A stretch of 63,815 nt of DNA, filler included, from Reclinomonas americana ATCC 50394 (GCA_048213135.1; 20 parts of 20 records of this genome joined end to end with filler, not necessarily neighbours in it), one strand, 5' to 3'; shown: positions 22,979 through 39,922, counted from the first letter of the whole stretch. The notes: generated by a model from the letters alone, not told the origin. Translations and numbers: made by a program.

Positions 22979-24207
22979 TTAGGCGCCGCCGCCGCCGCCG
23001 CCGCCACCCGTGATAGGAATGTCGACTCCGGAGACCATGCTGGCGTCGGCGCTGAGCAAGAATGTTACGACGGCGGCCACCTGCACGTGGAGTTTGGGGT
23101 GAGACGAGCAATGGTTGCTGGAAGAGGGGAATCCACGCAACATCGGCGGGTTCGCCATGGATGCTCGCCTGGGGTGCCCGAGGAAGGAGTGAGTGGGATG
23201 CGATGCAATGTATGAGATGAATGGGCACGCTCTCACCGCTGGGCTCACGCAATTCACGCGCACATTCGCCGCCGCCAGCTCCCGGGCCGATTGACGCGTA
23301 ATGTCGGTGACCGCCGCGTGCGCTGCATGAGCATGCGCAGGATCTGCTGTTCCCACGGAAATGCAGTTCACAATGGCGCCACCGATGCCTTGCTCCTGAA
23401 ACATGCGCTCGGCGGCTCGCATGATGAGGTGCAGGCCGAGAGTGCTGTCGTCGTCGACGACTGGAGGGGGAAGGGGGTTCTGTGGTTCTTTGGCGGGTAG
23501 TGTTGGCTGGACGGCGGGGGTGACTGCGGTGTCAAGTACTACGCGCAGCAACATATCAGCTTATGCACATCCCCAACCCCACAAAGAATCAAATGCACCT
23601 GCATTAATGAACACGGCGTCGACTCGTTTGAATGCGTGCAAGGCGGTGGCGAAAAGTTCCTGTGACCGGCATGTGAGATGCATGGAGGGGGACCCAGGTG
23701 GAGGGGAAGGGAGAGAGAGAGAGAGAGAGCTACACGGAAGGGATAAGGGGTGAGTGCCAACAGGGCAAGGGGGGCGGGGGCGATTGGATAAGTGAGAAGG
23801 GAGAGAAGAGTGGATACAGGGGATGGGAGAGAAGAGTGGATACAGGGGAAGTGACGGAGAATGCACTGTCGAACAGGAGTGTGACGCCACGTGCCATCAA
23901 CACTTTCTCTCGTTATCTTCCCTCTATTCTCAACCCTTTTCCCCCGCACTCACCTTCACGTCGGTTTCCTTGCGCATGTCGACCACCACCGGGAGTGCGC
24001 GGCCGTGGCTCGACAAAATGGCACACTCGCGCACCAGCAGCTCCAGAGGTTCCAGTTGTGCGTCGGCAACGACCTGCGAACACAGAGGAGTTATGGGGGG
24101 GAGGAGGAGGAGGAGGAGGAGGATGAAGAGTGACAAACCACTCGGGCTCCCTCAGCAGCGAGGCGGAGCGCAGTGGAGCGGCCGATGGGGCTCGCGGCGC
24201 AGGTGAC
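22979..24207 (-). CDS. Short-chain dehydrogenase/reductase-like protein with atypical motifs
   Basis: Spliced exons VTCAASPIGRSTALRLAAEGARV|VVAD...DMRKETDVK|ELFATALHAFKRVDAVFINA|...GAIVNCIS...NVRVNCVSPA|ASIHGEPAD|VAAVVTFLLSADASMVSGVDIPITGG follow the classical SDR layout. Confidence 0.85.
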
Positions 24208-24979
24208 CTGCGATGAGGGAGAAGGGAAGGAGGGAATGAGAGAGAAGGGAGGGAGAGTGAGCCTCATGCACTCTTCGCTCCACAGCATCAAGGTCCGTCC
24301 CCAAAGATCACACTCTTGCTGCATCCCTCCACAAACATGCCTTCCTCTATCGCATCTCATGCACTCTCCGTTCCTCCTTCATGCAGCCTTTCAGTCCGTC
24401 TCCAAAAGAGCGACCGCGAAGGCAACTCGCGCTCCTGGTACAGCTCTATCACGCTCTCCTTCTCTTTCTCATGTTCTCTCCATCCCTCCTCCACACAGCC
24501 TCTCAGTCCGTCTCCAAAGAAGCAACTGCATGACTCTACCTATCACGCTCTCTTTCTCTCTCCCTCTCATGGACTCTCCGTTCCACAGCCTCCCCACAGA
24601 AGCGACTGCGAAGAGCCAATCACTTCCCTACTGCCGCCCTCAACAAACACGCCTCCCTCAGTCGCGTTTACTCTCTCCCCCTCTAATGACTCAAAGGCCA
24701 TCTCCGAAGAAGCGACTTTCTCTCACACCTGCACTCGCCGTTCAATGCCTGCAAGCAGCGACTACCAAGTGCCCCTTGCTCTCTCTCTCTCTCTCTCACT
24801 CTCTCTCGTGCACTCGCCATTTAATGCCTGAAAGCAAGGGACAGTCAAGTGCCCCATGCCTCTTCTCTCTTTCTCTCTCNNNNNNNNNNNNNNNNNNNNN
24901 NNNNNNNNNNNNNNNNNNNNNNNTTAATTAATTAANNNNNNNNNNNNNNNNNNNNNNNNNNNNNNNNNNNNNNNNNNNN

Positions 24980-25011
<32 letters not shown>

Positions 25012-25553
25012 CTCCCTCCTCCTCCTCCTCTCTCTCCTCCTCTCTCTCTCTCTCTCTCTCCCTCCCTTCCCTTCCCTGCCCTGCCCTTTACCTCTCCCCT
25101 CCCTCTTTCCCCACTCAACAACAACAGTGGCCCCAAAGAACCGATGATCCGCATGCATCCGCTTCCATCGCGACGCCGACGCCGCCAATGGTGATCCCAT
25201 CAACAACGACACTCGCGACGCCCCAAACGCATCCTCGCGCAAGTCACTCTCCGACAGCGATGGTCTCATCACTGACAACAAAGACGATGCTTTTTCATGC
25301 TTTTCTCCTGCTGCTGCAGTGTGCTTTTCATCTGCAGGTTCTTCCGAGGAGGCAGGGATGATGATGGTGTTGCCGCTGAGAGTGGCGCCAAGGACGATGC
25401 CACCGAGGCTGCTCAGGGTGAGCAGTGGCCACAGGCGGTGGCGGAGGTGCAGCATTGAAAATCAAGTGAGTGAGCACGCAGGACTACCAAGAAACAACGA
25501 GGACGTTGAAGACGGAGCTTCCTCGGTCGACAAGCTTCTTCACTGTGCGGCTG

Positions 25554-30204
<4,651 letters not shown>

Positions 30205-30471
30205 CGATGCGTGCGACAGCTTCTGAAATCGTCCTGTGAGTCCCAAAGCCTCGCCTCCCGCTGTAATGAAAAGGAGGGCTGTCGATGAAGGTGGGAGGAG
30301 AGGCTCCCGATCGCGAATCCTGACATCGATATTAATATTTGCCAAAAACACCAACAAAACACTCCATTCACCACATTGCAATAATGCGACACCTGTCCAT
30401 TAAAGTACTCAACAGCACACGGCAATGCTCTCGTGCTGCTGGCCATGGATTGCAATGGTCACCGCAACACC

Positions 30472-31267
30472 TTACAGTGATATCTTGAAGGGCTCCGAGG
30501 TTTCGTCCACTGGCTGCGGCGTCGCCTTCTCAGGCACTCGTCGACGCGGACGCTCCCGCGCGAGAATCTCCTGATGCACAGGCTTGGAAGCGAACCACGC
30601 GCTACTATTCACACCTCGACACATCAACTCTACACGGAGGGCGCTTTCTCCGATCAAAACTCAAGTCACAAACAACATGTGCACATTTCGCCGTACCTCC
30701 CAGTCCGGCGCCAAGGACTGCGCCGCCGCCAAGCAGCTGCACTTTGGCATGCACATATTCGCCGACGCCTGCAAGCTTGTGTGCCCATATGGCAATGCCT
30801 GCGCCCACTGCAAACCCAACTACACCACCTGCGCATGCGGACACATTTACAAGCAACCAAGTGACCGAAGGACAGTGAGCGGAAGGAAAAGAAGAGTGGA
30901 TCCGGAAGAGGATGAGGCGCATGCGCTCAACAAACCAACAAGGGCGCCTTTGATAGCAAACGCTTGATCAGGATCGTGGCTCCTACGCTCACTCATTGTT
31001 CAGTGGACGTCGCGAGGCGCAACAACTCGCGCGACCACACACACACCAGGAGACAGCTCGATTAAAGGCCTCCTCGTCGCTCCACGTACACAGGTTGTAG
31101 ATCGAAGCCACAGCTCCCAAGCCAACGAATCCCGCACAGAATCCAGCGAGAGAAAAAAATCCGACAATACTTGGCGCGATAGTGTTGTCGAGCGCGGTTT
31201 GCTGTTGAGGCTGCAGCCACGGACGTCTCCATGGCCGGGATGGACATCGATCTCCGTATGTCCCCAC
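30472..31267 (-). CDS. Small glycine-zipper membrane protein gene(s), copy 1
   Basis: Peptides conserved between copies: AGFCAGFVGLGAVASIYNLCTWSDEEAF, HDPDQAFAIKGALV and GGVVGFAVGAGIAIWAHKLAG...GGGAVLGAGLG. Exon joining is uncertain. Confidence 0.5.
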
Positions 31268-32123
31268 TGCGAGCGGAATGCCGTAAAAGATGCCAGCAAG
31301 CGCGCCTGGTTGACGTCGTGAGGGGACAGGATGAGTGGGAGAAGAAGGAAGGGACAGGGGGAGGGAGGAGGAGGAGGAGGAGGAGGAGGAGGAGGAGGAG
31401 GAAGAAGAAGAAGAAGAGGAGGAGGAGGAGGAGGAGGAGGAGGAGGATCAACGTGCTTATTGAATACAAGGGGCATGATAATGAGGCGGACAGCGATTAT
31501 GATCTCTAGGGACTGCTCACTCTCTCTCTCTCTCTCTCACACATACACACGACTCTCTCAACAAACGCACCGAGAGAGCCCAAACGTCGAGCGATCTCAA
31601 AGTTCACCTGCAAGGTATGGGCACACGCGTCGGAACAAAACGCACGCGAGCGCGAGTGCGGAGGTGACGCGGGGAGTGCACTCACCACAAAGAAAGGGTG
31701 GTCGCTGAACGTGGCGAGATTCCAGAACAGCATGTTTTATTGCCTTTATTGCGATCGTCTTGCCGAACGCGTCGTTGACGGGACGATTAGATCATGAGTG
31801 GGCAAATGCGATTCATTATCACACACTGCGGAGTGCGGCATGCATCATGCACGTAGCCTTGTTGTCACATGAAATCAGTGTCTTCCTCTACCATTCACCC
31901 TTGAACCGCTGCGTGAGTGTGATCGATATCAACGTCGACGTACTTCGAATTCACGTGCACGATCGACGTCGCGCGCGATCTTTGTACAAAGGTCCACAAA
32001 TTCCTTGCCTACAGCAACTTGTCATACACCACATTAGAATAATGCGACACCTGTCCATTAAAGTACTCAACAGCACACGGCGTTGACCTCATGCTGCTGG
32101 ATTGAGATGGTCACTGCAACACC

Positions 32124-32914
32124 TTACAGTGATATCTTGAAGGGCTCCGAGGTTACGTCCACTGGTTGCGGCGTCGCCTTCTCAGGCACTCGTCGACGCG
32201 GATGCTCTCGCGCGAGAATCTCCGGATCCACAGGCTTATAAGCGAACCACGCGTCCCATTTCAAACCTCGGCACATCAACTCTGCGCTCTTGGTCAGCGA
32301 TATGCGTGCGCATTCACGTGGTGGATAGAGATGCACGCTTCGCCGTACCTCCAAGTCCAACACCGACGATGGCACCACCATACATCTGCAGGTTGGCATA
32401 TTTGCCTGCAAGCTTGTGTGTCCACATGGCAATGCCTGCGCCCACTGCAAAGCCCACCACACCACCTGCATCACCACGAAAGACACAAGGAGAATGAGAC
32501 GGACATCAGTGACCGGCTAGAGAGAGGGAGAGAGAAAGAGGGAGGGAGAGTATTTAGCGCACGCCCTCATATGTACATGCACGGGGTAACAAACCTATAA
32601 TGGCGCCTTTGAGGGCGAGGGCTTGATCTGGATCATGATCCCTGCACTCACTCATTGCAATTATTAATTGGACGCGCGAGGCGCAACAATTCGTGCGACT
32701 TGATGCACCATGAGACAGCTCGATCAAAGGCCTCCTCGTCGCTCCACATACACAGGTTGTGGATCGAAGCCGCAGCTCCCCAGCCAAAGAATCCCGCAAC
32801 GTATCCCACGAGAGACGAAGTCCCGACAATAACCGACCCGACTGCAATGTTGGCCTTGGTTCGCAAGCCATAGCGATCAAGTAAAGGACTTCTCATTTCT
32901 CTGCATGCCTGCAC
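32124..32914 (-). CDS. Small glycine-zipper membrane protein gene(s), copy 2
   Basis: VGYVAGFFGWGAAASIHNLCMWSDEEAF, HDPDQALALKGAII and GGVVGFAVGAGIAMWTHKLAG...GGAIVGVGLG. Confidence 0.5.
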
Positions 32915-35108
32915 CGCGGAAGGAATGCCGAATAGGAGAGTTGCGGTGACCGCGCCTGGTCGTGTTCGGAAGAGGTATGAGAGAGAGAGAGAGGGAGAGA
33001 GAGTGAGGGAGAGAGAGAGAGAGAGAGAGGAGGAGGAGGAGGAGGAGGAGGAGGAAANNNNNNNNNNNNNNNNNNNNNNNNNNNNNNNNNNNNNNNNNNN
33101 NTTAATTAATTAANNNNNNNNNNNNNNNNNNNNNNNNNNNNNNNNNNNNNNNNNNNNGAGAGAGAGAGGGAGAGAGAGTGAGGGAGAGAGAGAGAGAGTG
33201 AAGAGGAGGAGGAGGAGGAGGAGGAGGAGGAGGAAAAACACGATTGTTGACAGTCGGACGCGATCACTGTGCAACTCATCGGCTTACACACATATTCTCT
33301 CTCTCTTTCACACACACGACTCCCTTCAACGAACGCACCGAGAGAGCCCAATCGTCGAGCGATCTCAAAGTTTGCCTGCCGAGGCAAAGTCGGAAAAAAC
33401 AAGAGCACACACACACACACACGTGGGCAGGTGACGAGGTGACTTCACTCACCACAATGAAAGGGTGGTCGCTGAACGTGGCGAGATTCCAGAACAGCAT
33501 GACGCACTACGAGTTGGCGATCGCAATGTACGTACAAGCTCGATGATTGAAGGGTCCTGTGCGACGTCGACGTCGGTATATATCGACGTCGCAACTCCAG
33601 CGCGCGGGCTGCTCTGTCCTCATGAACGAATTCATGCACTATGGATACGCGTGTTCCGACAGTGCTTGACCGGTCTCAGGCTGCGACACTGCAGATGTCG
33701 AAGGCGCGACACTTTGCAATTGCAAGAATTCCAATTCGTTTTCCGAATTCAAAAGATCGCCCGCACGCTGCACCTCCCAGACCCGCAGCCGCACCTACAC
33801 TTTGCAGTCCTCGCCGATACCTCCATCGCCGAGCATTTCGAGCACACCTCACATTCAAAACCGACATTGTCCTTCCACGCGTCACACTTCTCATTCGCTC
33901 ACTTTGCACGCCATGGACGACCGTGAACGCCTCTTGCTCTCTGCCATGTTGCCGCGCCTGGGCGCAGCAGTGACCAGCGCATTGCCTCAGACAGGGAAGA
34001 AGGAGGTAAGTGAGACAAGAGAAGAAGATGAGTGAGAGAAGAGAGACACGCGTCTTGCACACACGTGCACATGATGTCGTTGTGTTGAGGGAGACTCTTC
34101 CTCTGTGTGAGGCGATGAAGTGTACGCGCACTGACACAAGCAGCACGCAACACACAAACACACACACACACACAAACACACAGAGAGAGAGAGTGAGAGT
34201 CACNNNNNNNNNNNNNNNNNNNNNNNNNNNNNNNNNNNNNNNNNNNNTTAATTAATTAANNNNNNNNNNNNNNNNNNNNNNNNNNNNNNNNNNNNNNNNN
34301 NNNAGGAGGGAGAAGAGAGAGCGAGAGACAGAAGAGTGAGACGTAAGAGAGAATGAGACAGAGACGAAAGAATGTGACGGAAGAGTGAGACAAAAGGGTG
34401 GAAAGGAGAGAAAGAAAGTGAGAGAGGAAGGGGACAAAGAGAAAGTGAGTGATAAGGGCCCCTTCTCGTTGATGTACATTGGTTCGTTGACCTCCCAACC
34501 AGTGGTCAGGAGGCAGCTCAGCGTCGCCCTCCCTTTTTTTACTTTCATCCCCGCGGAATGCAGTGACAAGTCCGCTCTTGCCAACAACAACAACGACAAC
34601 AATGGCGCCGATAAAGATGTAACAACAAACTCAATTCTCCTCCGGATCCACACAGCGCTAGCAATGCAGATGCGAACGTTGTACTTGTGCTGCATTGAAT
34701 TGGGCGCGAAGAGTGGAAGCCTTCAGGTGCAGTCCGATCGCGATATCAACGTCAAGAGATTGGCAGCAAAACACCGAGCCTTTTATTGATCTGGTCGCGC
34801 CCGTCACTAGTGCACATCACACCCTACATTAGCTGTGCCTTGCACTCTGGTCGCTGCACGACGTTGACACTGCGTCCTCCAAGCAATTTGATTGCCGGCT
34901 ATTCCACCTCTACTCTCTTGCATCGAGACTCGCTCTCTGTCTTTCTTTCTCTCTCGCCCTGTGTTCTCCCGCTCTCCTCCTCTCCCTCCCTCCTCTCCCT
35001 CCCTCCTCCTCTCTCTCTCTCTCTCTCCCTCCCCCCCCCCCTTCCCCTCTTTTCCCCCCTTCCCCTCTTTTCCCCCCTTCCCCTCTTTCCCCCCTTCCCC
35101 TTTCCCCC

Positions 35109-36215
35109 ATGTCAGACACTCTCTTCCTCACCACCCTCTTGACTGGCCACACCGGCTTGATCCTTTCAGTGGCCGTCTCCCCCGACGGCCGCCACATCGT
35201 GAGTGCCAGTGGCAGTGTGGATAAAACAGTTCGCGTGTGGTCACTGGCGAGTGGGCGCGAAGTGCTTCAGTTGCAGGGCCACTCGGCGAGAGTGGAGTCT
35301 GTGGCCTTCACTCCCGACTGCCAGCACATAGTCAGTGGCAGCAGGGACAAGACAGTGCGCGTGTGGTCAATGGCAAGTGGAGAGCAGGTGCGCCGCATGG
35401 ACGGGCACACCTGGGCAGTGTCATCTGTCGCCATCACTCCCGACGGGCACTACGTTGTGAGCGGAAGCAACGACAGGACGGTGCGTGTGCGGGCGCTGAC
35501 GACGGGCGCGAATGCGCAGAGGCGATTCGAGGGACACACCAACTGGGTGCGATGCGTCGCCCTCACGCCCTCTGTTCAGCACGTCGTCAGTGGGAGTGAC
35601 GATCGGACCTTGCGTGTGTGGTCGCTGGCGAGTGGCGAAGAAGTGCTGCAGTTGAACGGGCACGAGGATATGGTGTGGTCTGTCGCCGTCACTCCCGATG
35701 GCCAGCACATTGTGAGTGGAGGAGCTGACTGCACAGTGCGAGTGTGGTCGATCGAGAGTGGCGAGGAGGTGCGCCGATTGGAGGGACACGCCCATAGCGT
35801 GACGTCTGTTGCTGTCACTCCCGATGGTCAGCACATTGTCAGTGCCAGTGGCGACTCGACAATACGTGTGTGGTCACTGGCCAGTGGGAAAGAAGTGCGG
35901 CAGTTGGTGTGGCACGATGAAGAGGTGCACTGTGTCGCCATCACGCCCGACGGTCAGAGCATTGTTTGCGGTGGCTTCCAGAAGATTCGCATGTTGACGA
36001 CGCCGTGCGGTCTGGCTCGAGGCGAGCTCGACTGCGCGCGCGAGGCCATGCACGCTGTGCAAGAGATGCAGCGACAGGAAGAAGAGTCGGATTCACGATG
36101 CCTGCCGGAGTTGGTGCTGCGCTGCTTCATCGTCGAGGAGGCTGAGGTCGTGGTGTTCCGCTGTCTCGTTGATCCTGCATTACATCTGTTAGTGGGTGGT
36201 GGTGGTGCGGGGTGA
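35109..36215 (+). CDS. HET-E-like 7xWD40 protein with conserved tail, copy E (368 aa)
   Basis: Intact single-exon ORF. Tail reads CGLARGELDCAREAMHAVQEMQ...DSRCLPELVLRCFIVEEAEVVVFRCLVDPALHL. Confidence 0.93.
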   Translation: MSDTLFLTTLLTGHTGLILSVAVSPDGRHIVSASGSVDKTVRVWSLASGREVLQLQGHSARVESVAFTPDCQHIVSGSRDKTVRVWSMASGEQVRRMDGHTWAVSSVAITPDGHYVVSGSNDRTVRVRALTTGANAQRRFEGHTNWVRCVALTPSVQHVVSGSDDRTLRVWSLASGEEVLQLNGHEDMVWSVAVTPDGQHIVSGGADCTVRVWSIESGEEVRRLEGHAHSVTSVAVTPDGQHIVSASGDSTIRVWSLASGKEVRQLVWHDEEVHCVAITPDGQSIVCGGFQKIRMLTTPCGLARGELDCAREAMHAVQEMQRQEEESDSRCLPELVLRCFIVEEAEVVVFRCLVDPALHLLVGGGGAG

Positions 36216-36225
36216 CAGCTACCAG

Positions 36226-36790
36226 ATGGTGGTGAAGCTGGCCTCCTTTGTACCTCGCTTCACTGTTGCGGAGACAACGTTGATCGTGTACCGCATCCGT
36301 CAGCAGGTATTGCTGTTCGAGTCTTCCTGTTTCTTTGCTTGTTGAGCCCAATGTTGTGACATGTCGAGGCGCTGCGAATGTAGCATTGCATCCGTGAGTT
36401 GCTGGTGAGGTTGGCCTCTTTTGTATTCTGTCTCGCTTCATCGTTGCGGAGGCCAACGTTGGTGGTTTACCGCATCCGTGAGCAAGTGCTGCTGTTCGAG
36501 TCTGCCTGTTTCTTTGCTTGATGAGCTCGAGGTTGTGACTCGTCGATGTCTGGCCGCTCTGCCGGTGGTGAGGCTGACACTTCTTGTATTCTGTCTCGCT
36601 TCATTATTGCGGAGCCCGGAACCCGCGCCACATTGTTATGCTGATACAAGCTGCTGTATGTTGTCCGAATGTTTCTCTCTTTGCATTTTGTTCCCGGTTT
36701 GCTTCATCGTCGAGGAGCACGAAGCTGTGATACGTCGATGTCTGGCCGATGATGGTGAAGCTGGCCTCTTTTGCATTCACCGTCGATACC
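36226..36790 (+). repeat. Degenerate tandem repeats (~165-175 bp) containing echoes of the WD40 tail-coding sequence
   Basis: ggtga.g.tggcctc.tttg...tcgcttca..gttgcggag recurs 3-4 times. The copy at ~36700 reads CFIVEEHEAVIRRCLAD. Confidence 0.75.
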
Positions 36791-36983
36791 GATGCCGTTC
36801 GGAAACACATGCAGCAGTCTTCTTTATTCCTCTTTCTCCGTTCTTGTTGCTGCTATCGTCTGGCATCAGCGTGCAAGCAGTCTCTCTCCCCTCTGGTCCC
36901 TCCAATCTGTGAATGAAAGGAAGTCTGCGGAACAAAGAAGGGGACCTCGACGTTGCTCCATCAGTTGTCCCTCGCAGCGTTGC

Positions 36984-39343
36984 ATGCGCCGAGTGCGCGC
37001 CCTCCTGCGTCACCTCCTCACAACTCCTCCTCCACCCACCTCCCCTCCACCTCCTCACCGCACATCATCATCCTCACCACTGACTGTTGCTCTGTGCGCC
37101 TCCTTTACTGGTGCACTGACGCCCGGACTGAGCATTCGCACTGCTTGCAGTGAGTTTCTTGCGCGATTTGAGAGCGAGGTGGGCGAAGGAGGAGTAAGGG
37201 GAGAAGCTCAAGTGCGACACTCGCTGCTGAATGCACACGCCGATGCGAGTCAGATGGGATTGTGGCTGCGAGAGAGACTGCTTCTGCAGGATGATCCGCG
37301 GCATGTGATTGTTGTGTGCGGGCATGCGTCGTTGCGACAGGTGGGGAGGAGGAGGAGGAGGGAAGGGAGGGGAGGAGGAGGAGGAGGAAGAGAAAGGAGG
37401 AGACAACTCAGCATTCATTTCTTCATTTGTTTCCTCTTCTTTGATTGGAATGCATGTTTTGAGTGTCGTATGAGGAGGGGGTGAAGGCAGGGAGACGGGA
37501 AAGGGAGAAGAACTCCGAGACCGCACTGGTCTTCATGCTGCTTTCCTTTGACTTCTTCTTTCTTCGTCTCGTCTCTATATCATCTTCTTTGATTGGAATG
37601 CATGTTTTGAGTGTCATAGGAGCAGGAGGAGGGAGAAGAAGATCGCCTGGAGGCCGCACTCTTCTTCATTCTGCTTTGCCTTTCTTCTTTCATCTTTCCC
37701 TTCTTTGTGTTCCTCATCTTTCATATCTTGAGTGTCGTAGGAGGAGGAGGGAAAGGAGAGGGGGAAGGAGGGGAGACGACTCAGCATTCTCTTGTCCTCG
37801 TATCCTTTCTCTCTTTATTCTTCTTTCCTCCGAGGAAGTAAAATGCATGGAGACGAGAAAGGGAGAAGAAGAACGCCAGGAAACACCACTCTTCTTCATT
37901 CTGTTCGCCGTCTACTTTTCGTCTCGTCTTCTGCTCATCTTTTCTTCTTCTTCGACTGGAATACATGAGTGTCGTAGGAGGAGGAGGGAGAGAAGGCAGG
38001 GAGACGAGAAAGGGAGAAGAAGAACGCCAAAGACCACACTCTTGTTCGTTCTTCTATTCTTTCATCGTTCATCTTCTCTTCTCCCGTCCTCTTCTTTCAT
38101 GTTTCCAGTGTCGTAAGAGGTGGAGGGAGTGAAGCGGGCAATGGGAGACAGGAGGAAACAGCCAGGAGACAACTCAGCATTGATTGCTTTCTTCTTTAGA
38201 GAAGAGAAACCATGGCAAGCCTCCACTCTTCTCCTCTGTGACTAATGCTTTAGTCCACCACTAGGAAGCTGCTCACTTCCCTCTTTCCACTCTTGTCCCC
38301 CTTCTCCTGTCGTCTATTTCCTTTTCATCTCCTCCCTTCTCCCCTTCTCCCCCTCTCCCCTTCCCCTCCCCCTTCTCCTCTCATCTCATCTCCCCCTTCC
38401 CCCATCGCCCCCTTGCAGATGCACTCCGCCCTTTCTCCATTCCGCCACGGACAACTGGGATTTTTCTACTGGAGCGGTCACGGCAAGGCATCCCCTGCCT
38501 CATCCGTTTCCTACGGACCTCAGCTGTGTCTTGCCCAGTCGGCATCGATTGCTGATGACGATGATCCGCAGCCTCTGGCGATCGTGTTGGAGCAGGTGAT
38601 ACGATGACGACGCCCAAGGCTTGCTCACTCTCTCTCTCTCTCNNNNNNNNNNNNNNNNNNNNNNNNNNNNNNNNNNNNNNNNNNNNTTAATTAATTAANN
38701 NNNNNNNNNNNNNNNNNNNNNNNNNNNNNNNNNNNNNNNNNNTGGACAAGTGGCCGAGTGGCATCGCCACTTGGGTGCTCGTCGACGCTCATCGATGCTG
38801 TACCTGGCGGCCACCGGTGCCACACAAATGTCGGGAGTTGCGTCGCCTTTGGGTGCACTCATTGTGTATTTGTGCACCTCACCTTGGATGCCTCAGGCGT
38901 GGATCATGGACGGCACGGAGTCGGGCGGTATCATGACGCGCTTCCTGATCGACCCCATTGGCTCGGCATTCAAGGTCCTCTTTCGCGTCTTTTGCAACTT
39001 GTCGGTGGAGCAGTGTGGCGAGCTGTACGCCGAGTTTGTCGCCGTCGCCTCGCGCATCCTCGAGGCCACTCTGGACGACACCGCCATGCGGCTGCTTGAC
39101 AAGGTGCATTCCTTCCGTGACTACTGCCAAGTGCTTGACTCACCGACCGCGCAGGCTGGAGACCATGCACGCACACTGTGGCTGCATTTCCTGCTGTTCA
39201 CTCGCTGCGCTCCGCATCTCGCCTTGTCGCAATCACCGACATCGTTCCCCAGCATCCACGGCTCCGAGGTGTCTCCACTGTGGGACGAGTGGGAGGCTTC
39301 ATTCAGCAGGGCCGTGCAAGAGGCCGTGGAGGAGCGAACGTGA
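36984..39343 (+). CDS. Caspase/metacaspase-like (clan CD, C14-like) protein, multi-exon with an internal gap
   Basis: Exon 38419-38595 has GFFYWSGHG, like the catalytic-His motif. After the gap, LYLAATGATQMSG|AWIMDGTESGGIMTRFL resembles the p10-region A..Q.S...G..T..L motif. The catalytic Cys is not visible. Confidence 0.55.
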
Positions 39344-39435
39344 CGGAGGAGCGAGACTGTTGAGGGCCGAAGAAGTTCGGGATCTCGCGACTGGCTATCG
39401 CGGGAGAGAGACGACGTCAGCTGGACATCGTCGTA

Positions 39436-39796
39436 AGGATGGCGCGGAGCCGCACTGCCTGCTTCCGCCTCGAAGTGATCAATCAGACACTGCCCCTTGC
39501 GCTCATTTTCTCCACCTCCAACTTGCACACACCTCAGGCGCTGCCTCCTTCCTCCTCGAAGTGAACAATCAAACACTGCCTCTGCGCTCTTTTCTCCACT
39601 TCCAACTTGCACCACCTTAGAAGGATGGCGCGGAGCCGCACTGCCTGCTTCCGCCTCGAAGTGATCAACTAGACACTGCCTCTTGCGCTCTTTTCTCCAC
39701 CTCCAACTTGCACACGCCTCAGGCGCTGCCTCCTTCCGCTTCATAGTGAACAATCAAACACTGCCTCTTGCGCTCATTTTCTCCACCTCCAACTTG
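39436..39796. repeat. Higher-order tandem repeat: 2 x ~186 bp, each made of two related subunits
   Basis: aaggatggcgcggagccgcactgcctgcttccgcctcgaagtgatcaa occurs twice; acactgcc.cttgcgctc.ttttctccac.tccaacttg occurs four times. Confidence 0.9.
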
Positions 39797-39922
39797 TATT
39801 ACGTACACACGCGACGCGACGCAGCAGCAGCAGCAGCAGAAAGACAAGAAAACAAAAATCACCCTCTTCTCTCAATAAAAAAGTGTTGCGGACTTGCGTG
39901 TTTTCTCCCTTCTTTTCGGCAC

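Larger units (their letters stand above)
30370..33500. repeat. Tandem segmental duplication, period ~1.65-1.77 kb
   Basis: Paired blocks: EPFKISL* ends at 30472 and 32124; WSDEEAF.RAVSW occurs in both units; aagggtggtcgctgaacgtggcgagattccagaacagcatg ends at ~31733 and ~33500. Confidence 0.9.

Noticed and set aside
30584..30967. Plus-strand Cys/His-rich zinc-finger-like ORF
   Set aside because: It is antisense to the glycine-zipper exon, and the duplicate copy conserves the minus-strand peptide better.
33465..33926. 153-aa ORF in the small contig
   Set aside because: It has no recognisable motif or splice support, and begins inside a duplicated non-coding block.
36100..36790. Diversity-generating retroelement VR/TR pair
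   Set aside because: Differences are not adenine-specific and include indels, and no reverse transcriptase is visible.
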